NCBI RefSeq assembly: GCF_004010195.1
Contig: NC_057753.1
Coordinates: 2,067,243 to 2,131,242, forward strand
DNA length: 64,000 nt
DNA from: Chiloscyllium plagiosum
Lineage: Eukaryota
Direction of reading: 5' to 3'
This document shows positions 14,445 to 26,469 of this stretch, one piece after another; position 1 is the stretch's first letter; each line of letters opens with the position of its first letter. The translations under genes and the position numbers were made by a program. Under the pieces are notes generated by a model. That model had not been told where the DNA came from, made no database searches, and saw only the letters and a program-made list of their open reading frames with translations.

Positions 14445-14490
<46 letters not shown>
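10150..14490 (-). mobile_element. Near-full-length CR1 LINE (ORF1 and ORF2, frameshifted)
   Basis: ORF1 from ATG 14087 to about 13157 with CxxC/coiled coil and SGNH-esterase motifs (LGDS, VHIGTHD, DGLHLN). ORF2 with APE endonuclease (YFNARGL, YRPP, GDFN, SDHN) and RT (NYRPVSLTS, GVPQG, YINDL, ADDTK). CTATGA-type 3' repeats at about 10150-10172. Confidence 0.92.
14430..14490. repeat. (TC)n/(GA)n microsatellite at the CR1 5' end
   Basis: Directly visible TC run with two interruptions. Confidence 0.95.
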
Positions 14491-17400
14491 ATTCGAGGAA
14501 ATCACCTCCAACACCTAAAATACCTCAAAAAACGGAGCAGCTCTTACAGCCAGAATTTTTTCCCATTCTCCATCTTGGATTACCCAGAATCCTATCGTAG
14601 AATGTTTCCTCTGCGGATGTGAGCTTCTTAGAAATGTAACCAACTGGCAGTTCAATCCCATGCTCATCTTCCTGTCGGAGTACAGCTCCAACTTCAATGT
14701 CACTAGCTTCGAAGGTTTCTTTAAAAAGGTTTTGAAATGTCTGGTGGTTAATAGTGATTTCAGATGGTCTAATGCCTCCTGCCATTGTTCTATCCACCGA
14801 AACTTTGTGTTCTTCTTCAGCAAATCGGTTGATGGTTCCACTACACTGCTGAGGTTTGGAAATAAAACCTTCCAATAGAATTCGCTGATTCTGAAGAATC
14901 GAAGCACCTTTTCTTCATGGTTAGACGTGGAAATTCCTTGATGACTTTCATCTCTGTGTTCTATGAGGTCAACCTTCCATGTCCAATGTTACGTCCTAAG
15001 GACGTTATCTCTGCATTCACGAATTCAGATTTATTTACGTTTATCACCAGTTTGCTTCTCACAGTCATTCAAAGAGTGCTGCCAACTTTACCATGTGATA
15101 TTTCCAGGACTTACTGAAGATCACTACATCGTCCAAATAGACTGTGCAGTTTGTTAGCCCAGCCACAACTCTGTTCATGAGTCTTTGGAATGGGGCTGCT
15201 CGTTCGTCATTCCAGCGGACATCACAAACTAATGTAGCCCAGTTACGGTTACAAATATAAAAATTTCTTTCCCCAGCTCTGATAAAAGGCTCCTGCCAAT
15301 AACCACGCATTAAGTCCAACTTGGTGAGGTAACTGGTTTCTCCGATTTTCTCGATGCAGTCCTCCAATCTAGGAACTGGATACGGGTCCGATATTGTATC
15401 CGCATTGACTTTCCGACAATCCAATGCAGAATCACTGAGTCCCATCCAGTTTGGGAACTAAGACGATCAGTGAATTCCACTTGCTCTGGCTTGGTTCAAT
15501 TATATTATTGTCGAACGTGGCCTCCACCTCCTTCCGGACCTGTCTTTGAAAGGATCAAGTTGATAAGGTTGTTTTTTTATTGGTGCAGAATTCCCTACAT
15601 CTAGCACAATAGCATTAGTCCTCCTCATCTGATTCTTAAGTATGTCCTTATACTACAGTCACAAATCTTTTAATTCAGTTCTATGCTCCTGAGACTGATA
15701 ACTTATTAATTTATCCCACTCGTCAAGGACTTTTTAATTTTTAAAATATGTTTTGAGGCATTTCAAAATCCACATCATCTGGACTTGATTCCTCATTCTG
15801 CGGGGCAGAAACTAACATTTGTTTCTCCAAGTATTTCTCTCTCGTATAATACGGTTTCAACATGTTCACATGACATACCCAATACCGTTTACTTCTATCT
15901 GACATCTTCACTAGGTAGTTCAACTGATTCAACTTTTTCTCAATGTGATAAGCACCACTAAACATGGCTTTGAAGGGATCTACTATCACTGGTAACAGTA
16001 CTCAAACTTCATCCTCTCGGGAAAACGTCCGACTCTCAGAAGTTTTATTTGCCACTTGCTTCATCCTATATTGTGCCCTCTTAAGATGCTGTGCACCTAA
16101 TTCGCTTACTTAATTTAATCTCTCAATTACCTCAGATACACAATCAAAGTGTGAGTTATCCGACTTTGGTTCTGTCATTTTTTCCTTTAATTAATTTCAC
16201 AGGGCTTCTCACATCATGCCCTTATATTAACTCAAATGTTGGAACGGAGTTGATTCAATTCGGGCATCTCAAATGGTAAACCATACGAATGGGGTGCCTT
16301 TATCCTAATCAATCGGGTAATCCTGTCAGTGTGCTGTCAACATGGTCTTCAAGCTCTGATGTCACCTTTCTAAAGCTCCCTGGGCTTAAGGATAATACGC
16401 ATTGGATTTAACGTTTTCTATGCCCAAGCTATCCATAATCGCATTCAACAACGTAGCAATAAAATTTAACCGTTGCCTAGCCCATATCGTGTGAAGAAAG
16501 CTCCAAACTCTTCTACCATCCCTTTTGCCTTCATATTCTGTAATGTAATTGCTCCAGAAATCGGATAGACACATCCCTTATGGTTAACAAATACTGGTTC
16601 CCAATTTTAGTTCTCGGGAAGGCACTTGGGCAATCAATTATATTCCATGTGAAAGGTTCTTCAAATGCGGGAATTGGCAACAAAAATGTTGTTTTTTTTT
16701 AACTCCTGTGGTTTACCTACCATTTAGCATGCATGAAACGTACGGTAAATGGCAACCACATCCGTATGCATTCCAGGCCAACAAGAATGCTTTTATACCT
16801 TAGCCTGAGTCTTTCGTACTCCTAGGTGGCTCATGCAGGTAGTTCATGTGCAATCCGTTACACTTCCTGTCTTTATGCTACGGGCAATACAATCTGGTGC
16901 ACTTCGGCCCATTTCTCCTCTGCACTAATCTGCCGTAGTCTCCATTTCCGTCTAAGCGTTCTATCTTGCTGATAATAACCCTTCGGAACATTCTCTGCCT
17001 CCTTTTCGGATTATGCATCCACATATGTATCATTTATCGTCTTATCTTGCTTTTGCAAGTCCCTGAGCCTTTCAGGATGAAACACTCCTCTCTGACCATC
17101 TGCCTGTTCAGGTTTTTCCTGCACTATTAAATCAAACAGGGTTTCCACTAAATGAGCCTCAACTCCTTAAACTTTCTCTTCACTTTTTTCTTCGGTCTGT
17201 GACTTATGATATTAGAATTTGGTTACCATGCATTCTGGGAAAATACCAGGATATTTCTGTTTTGACTCCTCAGTTTCTTGGTCTTCCATGGGCTTCTCCA
17301 AAACAAGGGATGTCACCCCACCTTAGACGTGCCAAATATTTCCCAAGAACAAACTGAATTCCTGGAAATGACACTCTGTCAATCACTCCCACTGCAACTT

Positions 17401-17753
17401 CTTCAGTATTGAATTGGCACTCCAACCTGATCTTACAAAGGGGAATGCTAAATTTCGGTTGATTCAACCCACACCTTATCACACTCTCCCATAAAAGATC
17501 AGAAAATTTACATATTCGCTGATGTCTTGCTATCAGTGACTGGTTAGATCCTGTATGTCTCAACATTTCAACTTCGTGTCCTTCTCTCCCGTTCTTTCTG
17601 AGTAAACCTTACCCACAGAGGCAAATTCTTTGTAGAGATCAGGTGATAGCACAATTCAAAGCCCCTGCCTAGGTTGCACACTCTCTTGCAATTCCACGGG
17701 GTGCGATCGAAAATTGAAAGCAGCTCTACAAAGGTGTCATCTAACCACAGATT

Positions 17754-18740
17754 CAAAGTTAGTGAGAAGATTTGTAGCTCGGGTGCTCGTTGTTGTGGTT
17801 CTGTTCGCCGAGCTGGGAATTTGTGTTGCAGACGTTTCGTTCCCTGTCAAGGTGACAACCTCAGTACTTGGGAGCCTCCTGTGAAGCACTTCTGTGATCT
17901 TTCCTCCGGCATTTGTAGTGGTTTGAACCTGTCGCTTCCGATTGTCAGTTCCAGCTGTCCGTTGCAGTGGCCGGTATATTGGATCCAGATCTATGTGCTT
18001 ATTGATTGAATCTGTGGATGAGTGCCATGCCTCTAGGAATTCCCTGGCTGTTCTCTGTTTGGCTTGTCCTATAATAGTAGTGTTGTCCCAGTCGAATTCA
18101 TGTTGCTTGTCATCTGCGTGTGTGGCTACTAAGGATACTAAGGTCAAACATCAAGAGCATTTCCGAACTGACAGCCAGACTACTGTGACCACTAGGACTC
18201 ACAACAGCACACAAACCAACAGCCACTCTCAGACAACAACTCACCAGAACGAAGGTCCCGATACCCAGCATGAGCAAAACCAATGTAGTGTAAAAAATCC
18301 CATGCAAGGGATGCACAAAACACTACATAGGACAAACAGGAAGACAGCTAACGATCCGCATCCATGAACACCAACAAGCCACGAAACTACACGACCAGCT
18401 ATCCTTAGTAGCCACACACGCAGATGACAAGCAACATGAATTCGACTGGGACAACACTACTATTATAGGACAAGCCAAACAGAGAACAGCCAGGGAATTC
18501 CTAGAGGCATGGCACTCATCCACAGATTCAATCAATAAGCACATCGATCTGGACCCAATATACCGACCACTGCAACAGACAGCTGGAACTGACAACCGGA
18601 AGCGGCAGATTCAAACCACTATAAATGCCGGACGAAACATCACAGAAGCGCTTCACAGGAGGCTCCCAAGCACTGAGGATGTCACCTAGACAGGGGACGA
18701 AACGTCTGCAACACAAATTCCCAGCTCGGCGAACAGAACC
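17754..18740 (+). mobile_element. Penelope-like element (family 2, GIY-YIG end) with inverted duplication and 14-bp TSD
   Basis: KIPC.GC.KHYIGQTGR.L..RIHEH and REFLEAWHS motifs. 17797-18137 is the reverse complement of 18400-18740. TCTAACCACAGATT flanks both sides (17740-17753, 18741-18754). Confidence 0.88.
18670..18709 (+). ncRNA. Minimal hammerhead ribozyme motif (PLE family 2)
   Basis: GCA-CTGAGGA-T-GTCACCT-AGAC-AGGGGAC-GAAAC-GTC-TGC; stem I GCA/TGC. Confidence 0.65.
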
Positions 18741-20779
18741 TCTAACCACAGATTGTTTATCTGTGTCCATTTCCAACCTTGCTGACAGCAAAATCCTCTC
18801 CAGCGGAATCATTAGACGAATATTAATCCTTCCTCATTTAGATGCTTGTGTTATTCAGACCTGATTCGAGTACCTCAATTAGAACCTGAGTTATGTTTGG
18901 TTTGAGTTTCTTACCTGTCAGTCCACTGCCCGATAGGTTTATAAAATGCATCTCTGTCATTGGTGACAGAAATTTAGAAAAGGTAAATATGTCTCTTGTT
19001 TTGAGGTTGCTGATTGCAGAGCCTCCCATCTGACCTTTTGAGAAAGGAATGCCATGCACGCGCCCTGCATGTGTCCCGAGGAATGCTGCCTCCAATAACC
19101 TGCGGCAATAACCTGGCCCTTCTAAAGGTAAAAAAGCAGTACTTGTGGATCATTCATTGCATTCACTGGATCATTAGATTCAAATTCAGAGGCAACAGTT
19201 TCTCTCGGTCTTGAGAAGTATCCCCAAGGGGAAAAAAAGCGAATTTGTTTGAAAAGCAAAGCTGGTCTGGCAGCAGCTGTCGAGTGAGATCTGAGTTAAT
19301 GTTTCGGATCAAGCTTCTTCAGAGCTTATTTCTATGATTTGTGTCCACATATGCTACCAGACCTGTTGAGCTTCTGTAGCGAGTGTTGGCAGCTTAAGGC
19401 ATTTGGATCAGAGTTGATGACCTGCAGTTCCTAACAATGAAAAGCACCAGGAAACTGAAGAGTTACCTGGATGCGGATTATTAGAAGGTGATCATACCCC
19501 CCCCGATTAACCAGCTCGAATTCAGTCATGGACAAGAGGGTGTTAAAATGAGCGAGGCAGGTTGAGTGATCCGGTAGGTAAGGCTGAAGGAAAGAGAACC
19601 CATATGTTTCTAGCTTAGTCAGGGGTCTCCAGTTCTTCTTGTGATGATTTACTTATTTCAACACTCTTCAGTTAACAAAAGCAGTTGCTGACAATCTGAA
19701 AAAAAAAGAATGCTGGAATATTCATCCAACTTCTGTGTAGGGAAAAATATATTATATGTTATGCAGCATTTCTGTTTCTGTACACAGAGCTGTTTCTCAT
19801 TCCGACGGCATTAGTAGCTGCTGAAAATATGTTTGCACAGAGGCTAGAAATCTGAGACAACACTTAAACATAAGGGATCTCACATTTGAGATGACAATGA
19901 AAGAAATAAAGCGGTGGCAGGATTATTGCAATTTTCATGCGACAACTCGTTATGTCCCTGATTAACAACGAATCACCAATTGTTAGAGTAAGCATGAATG
20001 TGGAATTTATGTTCTGCACGCATCTGTCATGATCAGAGCATGATGTAGTTGCACAGCACAGAAACAGAGCCTTACATCCCACATGTCTATCGTGACCAGA
20101 TACTGTAATTTAATCTCGTTCCATTGCCCAGAAATTGGCCTACATCCTTTAAAATCCTTCATGTTCATGGACAAATTCGGATCCGTTCTTAAAAGGAACG
20201 TATGAGGCAATTTTATCATGCAACTGGATCAGGCTCCACCACTTCTTCTGGCAGCTCGTTCTACAAATGTCCGACCACTTGCATGATAAAATTGCCTCGT
20301 ACGTTCCTTTTATGTCATTCCCCCATTACCTTCAACCCATGCCTGCTAGAATTGGACTCCTCAGCCCAGAGAGAAAAAGAAGACCTTGGCCATTTACGTT
20401 ATTTTTGCTGTTCAAGATTTAAAAAAAAAGAACTTCAAGAATGTCACCCCTCAGACTCTGATGCTCCAGAGAAAATGCCTCCGGACTGTTGAGCCTCTCC
20501 CGATAGCTCAAACAATCCAGCCTTGGCAACCACCTTGCAATCTATTGCGAAACTTTTCAAGTTTGAGTGCATGTTTCCTAAAACATGGAGACCAAAATTG
20601 AATGCAGCAATGCCAAAATGGCCTAACCAACCGTACTGTATAACGAAGCGCACTCAAACAGCTGAATGGCATGTTCTAGAGTGTTATTTTTATGTTTACG
20701 GTCATTTTGAAGTTATCCAATCAACTGGAAAATTTAGACATTTAAATAAAGAGATAGACTTTATACTGAATTGATTAAC

Positions 20780-23285
20780 GACTTTGTCCTCTACGTGGAG
20801 ACCATGTTACTAATGGCTCTTTTCAAGGAGCCCAGTGACAGCAAGCGATACAAAACGTTCCCAGGGAACGTGATCGATATCAAATTAGTTCAGAGAGACA
20901 GGAAGATGAGGAAAGGAATCCTGGGAGGTCTGGAGATTTTATGGGCATAGTATAGAAACAATGGCTTAAATGGATAGCCCCAAATAAATCTTACCTGATA
21001 CTCTATTTGCAGCCTCAGAATTTTTTTCTTTCCAGAGATCTTTCCAGGTTCTCTTCTGCTGTCTTTCATCCACAGAGATCACAATACACGCTCAACTCTC
21101 TTGGTCACAGACGCATATTTTGCTCTCTTCATCATATATTCATGAAGAAGCTTCCAAGTTTCTGAAAATATTGAAAAGGTGCCTTGTTGATCAAAGCGTT
21201 GTCCGTTAATGTAAATCAGGAGCAATAGTAGTATATTTGTGGAACCCCAGGAGAAACTTCTCTCCAGTCCAAAAAGATAAGTGTTAATTACGATTATTTC
21301 ACGTCAATCAGACAATTTCATATCGATATTGCTACTGTCACTGTTATTTCGTTAGCTTCAGTAATTTGCTCACCAGCCCCTCTTGGATCAAATTATTAAA
21401 ATATTTTCTCCATCTTCATTACATCAAATACATTACTGTCGTCAACATTCTGTTATCTGAACAGAAAACGACTTGTAAAATCTTCGGAGAAGGTTTCCTT
21501 GGAATAAATCTGTGCAGACTTTCCAGAATTAGAACACGTGTCCTCGTTGTTGTTAAGTGCTCACCGAACCATTTTGAACCACTTCCGACCACCAAGGTTA
21601 AACTAACTACCCTCCGGTGCTGCTGTTAACCTTAAATTGATGGCTGGTGAGGATTTAGCATTGTTGCTAGAAAGTGTTATGAACATGAAATAAGTGATTA
21701 ATTTGCAACTTTTATTGAATGACAACCGATACTGAACCCGATAATTAAACACATTTCACAAAATGCAAACTACAAATCACAAGTCTGGATCTTGAAGTGA
21801 ATTAATCATAAATATCAGTGCGTCTATTGGTATTGACGCACCGAAAGACCACCGTGGATGTTCATAATTTTGAATACTAGCAGGAAATTCTGGAGACTTT
21901 CAATGGCGTCGACAGATTCATTAGAGACAGAAATGAGTTCAAGTTTCTAGCCTCTGAGCAACTGGGTGTGATTTAAGAGGGATATGGGGCAGAGGTGTGA
22001 ATATGAACTGAAGGGATAAACTGACAAATTTTGTAAAATTCATGGGAGCAGTCAAGACACAAATCGTGTATCTGCATAAGAGGTGAACAGGTTAAAAGAT
22101 ACATTGAACAGAAAGAAAATAATCAAAAAGCAGGACACAAAACAATTTCAGAGAGAAACAACAAATCAAATAAGTCAGAAATAAATCACATAATTCTTGA
22201 ACTTCCATCCCTCGAGGCTGTCCATTGCCTCTATTACTACCCAGTTCAGAAAAAACCTATTGACTTTACCTATTACTTTTCCAGGGAAAGGGCTGGATTA
22301 AAAAAGGCAGTCGCCAGCTGGTAGGTTACAAGTTCTACTGATCCAGTACTGGATGACAGACAAATCAGAGTGCGATCTGCCATGGAGGTCTGGCATCCAC
22401 ATGTGTTCCACACCGATGACAAGGATCACAAACGCGACTGAGGCAACATATCGATCATGTGAGAAGCTAAACCGAAGACAGCCTGAGAATTTCCCCAAGC
22501 ATAGCATTCATTCACGGACTCCATCAACAAACACATAGACCTAGTTCCAATATATATGCCACTACAATGAATAACCAGAACTGGCAAGTGGAAGCAGCAA
22601 GAACAGAGCCAAATAAATTCCAGAAGACACTGTAAAGAAGAGATTTACACGAGGCTGTAAAACATTAAAGCTGTTACCTAGATAGGCAACAGAAACGTTT
22701 GCAAATCAACTTCCCAAATCAGCGAACACACCCACATCTATGGAAACCAGTACACCGTTACAAACCTCGAGACAAAACTATATTGAAACCACATTCAAAG
22801 CATTAAATGTCACTGAGAATTTTGGGGATCATTTTAATCTTCTTTTTATAGAGTTCTCATTTTCCAGCTCCACATTCTTTTTTGACGTGAGATTATATGC
22901 GACATTGGGGCGATCAGACCATACATATCTTAGTTTTCACGAGGTTTACCTTCTTGGATAACTCCTTGCCCTTTTAATGCCATGTGTTTACACGAACATG
23001 TGTTGGCGTCTCTCCACGAACTACCAATTACGACATAGAAGATAAAGCAGAAGAATTCAAGAGTACAGCTCAATCAAGATGACATGAGTAAATCCAATTA
23101 CATAGAGAGTAACGAATAGACTGTCATGCTGAACCCAAATTTCGTTTTACTATAATTTATACGTCTTAATGTGATCACTGTTTAAATAATTTAAACGTGG
23201 ATATCACTGAAAATTTCACAATTTCTTGAGCAGCTTCCTTAACTTTCTATGGCTCCCTGCACAACTAAATGAGTTAGTGCACAAA
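20780..23285. repeat. Segmental duplication of the GPCR downstream flank; paralogous to about 25260-32170
   Basis: Colinear matches, e.g. TACTGATCCAGT.CTGGATGACAGACAAATC at about 22336 and about 29793, and GATAAAGCAGAAGAATTCAAGA at 23041 and about 31942. Confidence 0.8.
23166..23281 (-). pseudogene. GPR139-like GPCR pseudogene fragment (TM7 to C-terminus), third copy
   Basis: Reads CTNSFSCAGSHRKLRKLLKKL/VKFSVISTFKLFKQ*SH* against copy 2 CINPFIYAGIQNKFREQLKKLVEFPLTLTFKLFKWCSQ*. One frameshift, one premature stop, homologous 3' flank. Confidence 0.8.
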
Positions 23286-23502
23286 TAGGTTCAAGAGTAG
23301 ACTATTCAGCCCCTCGACCCTGTTCTTTCATCAGGTGATGCAGTGTTGGAGTAAAAGTAATTTTGCATTTGTGTTACCAAATGGTCAAATTCTACTGACA
23401 CAAAGCGTGGGTACAAAAATTAATGGAAGACCTTCATAATCATCTCTGCTCTATTGACATTAAATCTAAAATACAAAGGCACACATTAACTCAGTGCAGC
23501 AT

Positions 23503-24002
23503 NNNNNNNNNNNNNNNNNNNNNNNNNNNNNNNNNNNNNNNNNNNNNNNNNNNNNNNNNNNNNNNNNNNNNNNNNNNNNNNNNNNNNNNNNNNNNNNNNN
23601 NNNNNNNNNNNNNNNNNNNNNNNNNNNNNNNNNNNNNNNNNNNNNNNNNNNNNNNNNNNNNNNNNNNNNNNNNNNNNNNNNNNNNNNNNNNNNNNNNNNN
23701 NNNNNNNNNNNNNNNNNNNNNNNNNNNNNNNNNNNNNNNNNNNNNNNNNNNNNNNNNNNNNNNNNNNNNNNNNNNNNNNNNNNNNNNNNNNNNNNNNNNN
23801 NNNNNNNNNNNNNNNNNNNNNNNNNNNNNNNNNNNNNNNNNNNNNNNNNNNNNNNNNNNNNNNNNNNNNNNNNNNNNNNNNNNNNNNNNNNNNNNNNNNN
23901 NNNNNNNNNNNNNNNNNNNNNNNNNNNNNNNNNNNNNNNNNNNNNNNNNNNNNNNNNNNNNNNNNNNNNNNNNNNNNNNNNNNNNNNNNNNNNNNNNNNN
24001 NN
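23503..24002. other. Assembly gap (500 N)
   Basis: Run of N; the round length suggests a scaffolding placeholder. Confidence 1.
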
Positions 24003-26469
24003 AGACATAAATGACAGAAAATTGTAGGTATGAAACAAATTAGACAAGCATGGAAATGCATTTTAGAAGGAAGAATGAGAATGGGCAAATTGACCTAAAT
24101 GGCGCATTATGTTTGCCTTGAAGGCTATTACCTTAAAAAGGAGTACAACTTTTGAATGAATTAAATAATTTTGTTTTGTTAATAAGCTGGGTCCATAGTT
24201 GTGCTGTAGAACACAGGTTAAGGTGTGCAATTGTTTGAAATTTGCGTCATAGTTCGACTGGATGTTTATAAAGGCATTTACCAAGCTTGCCTTCAGTGTT
24301 CAGACCTTTGAATACAGGGGATGGAGTGTCGTTTTGCCCTTGTAAAGGACGTACGTGAGTCTTTTTTGGAATACTGTGTGCAGTCCTGGTTGACGTGACA
24401 TGGGAATGATATTATTTCACTGGAGATCGTTCAGAAGAGATTTATCAGGATGTTGCCTGGAATGGAGGGCTCGAGTATAATGAGAGGCTGGATATGCAGG
24501 GACCCTTCCAAATAAGCGAAGGTAGTTGAGGGGTGATATATTTTTTTACGAAACCATGAGGGGCACAGGTAAGGTAAATAAGAAATTTCTTTTCCCGAGA
24601 GGTCTATAGTCATGGAGAGGTAAGAAAAAATCAGCAAATGACTCTTTGGTTCAATTCATCTATGCGATCAGATATCCTAAATTCATTCAGCCGCATTTAC
24701 CAGCATTTGGCCCATAACCCTCTCGGCCTGTCCATCCAGATGCCTTTTTAAACATTGTAATTGTACCAGCATTTCCTCTGGCAGTAAATTACATACATGC
24801 ACTATCCCCTGCATTAAAAAAGTTGATCCTCTTGTTTCTTGTAAACCATTGCCCTGTCACCTAAGCCGCTGAGCTCTAATTTTATACTCCCGTGCCTTGG
24901 TTAAAAAAACGTTCCTTGGCAAGTTACCCTGTCAAAGCTCCTCATAATTTTATAAACTTCTATTCGGTCACCGTTAGGCCTTCAGCGTTGCAGGGAAAAT
25001 GCTCCCACACTAGTAGTCATCTCTATATAACTCAGACTTTTCAACACTTGCAACATCCTTGTAAACCTTTGCATTATTCTTTCAAGTTTAACGACATCTC
25101 TCCCAAAGCAGGGAGAGTTGAACGCAATATTCCAAAAGTAGCCTAAACAATCTGGTTGAATTGAGAAGCAGATTCAAAAACCTGAATGGAATATTCTCGA
25201 TCTTTCTTCAGATGTTTACATGCACGATCCTGTTGAAGCTCTCCACTCGTGACATTTATTCGACCTTGTTAGATCTGTAAATAAAGGGTTAGAGTTGGAC
25301 TGAAGGCTTATCACCTCAACCCGGATAAAAATGTTACTAAATCGCTCTTTGCACGGAGCAAAGCACTAGCAAGGCAACCAGAGGATATCCAAGAAAAGCG
25401 AATGAGTTCAAGTCAGTTCAGTGAGGGAGATAAATGAGGATTGAGGGCCGGTGAGATCTGGAGAAATTGGCGATGAGTGGGGATGATGTGGTAATATTGG
25501 TTTAATAAATATTCCCTGCTCCTGTATGTGCAGCTCGTGGACTTTTCTTACCCTGAGATCTGTCCACGGTGTTCTCTGCCATCTTTCCTGTACAGGGCTC
25601 ACAGAGCACGCCGAACTGTCTTGGTTACTGATATGTATCTTGTTCTCCTCATCATATTTCACAAACAATACATTTCCAATCTTTTGAAAATATTGTCCTT
25701 GGAATTAATGTCTAAGTCGTGAATGTATATCAGGGAAAACCTATGAACCCTGTCTCATAGATCGTTCCCACAAAACCGCCTATCTGTGCCACGAACTATC
25801 GAGTCCCCAATTACTACTGCTCATTCCTGACTTAAACCTCCTCCAGTGAAAAGATAACATTATTGAAGACTATTCAATGTCAATTTTGTTACTGTAACTT
25901 TAATTTAATTTACTCCAGTGATTTTCTACACAGATCTTGAATAAGCAAATTATTAAATCATTTTGTTCGTGCTTGTCACATCACTTTTACGACCATCATC
26001 AATATTTTGTGAGAGCAACAAAAACAAATGACATGGAGAATCTTGGGAATTAATTTTCCCTTAGTAAATTCATGGGATGCATTCTGAATGAACAAACAGT
26101 TATCCTAATAGCTATTGCTTATTTACTAAATTATCATTTCTAAAACGTTTCCTATTACCGAGGTTCAACTAACCAATCTTTGGTGCTGCTGTTAACCTTT
26201 GATTGGCGGTGAGTGAAGATTTTATATTATTTATCAGGAACTTTGATTTAAATGACTGAAGCGATTAAATTCCAATTTCAGTGAAATGACATTTGATAAA
26301 GAACTTGATAATTAATCAAATTTCACAAGATATAAATGCCAATCACAAATGTGATAAGTGAATTACGAATAAAGTTCAGTCAGGCTGTTAGCAGTGCCGA
26401 ATGGGAAAAAACAATATGCATGTGTAAAATTTGTAATACGCGCAGGAAGTTTTGGAGACGCTCAATGCC

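Larger units (their letters stand above)
9900..17570 (-). mobile_element. Decayed Ty3/Gypsy LTR retrotransposon pol, Gmr1-like order PR-IN-RT-RH, interrupted by a CR1
   Basis: Protease LRHTGSNQSL (DTG decayed) at about 17560. Integrase HHCC/core/GPY-like (AHE..HLGVRKT..WPGM, NQYLLTI, FSGAY..HVNMLKPY) at about 16870-15850. RT (PYPVPRLEDC, KLDL..GYWQ, YLDD) at about 15450-14900. RNase H (ASDIEVGAVL.Q, PVGY.SKKL) at about 14750-14500, resuming at about 10130-9930. Confidence 0.8.

Noticed and set aside
20995..21161. Exon-like segment with AG/GT ends, paralogous to ORF 25408-25668
   Set aside because: Stops in all frames examined, and it continues a decayed CR1 RT (YIN...KLGS..EE).
23423..24088. 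Long ORFs spanning 23.4-24.1 kb
   Set aside because: Artefacts of the N gap.
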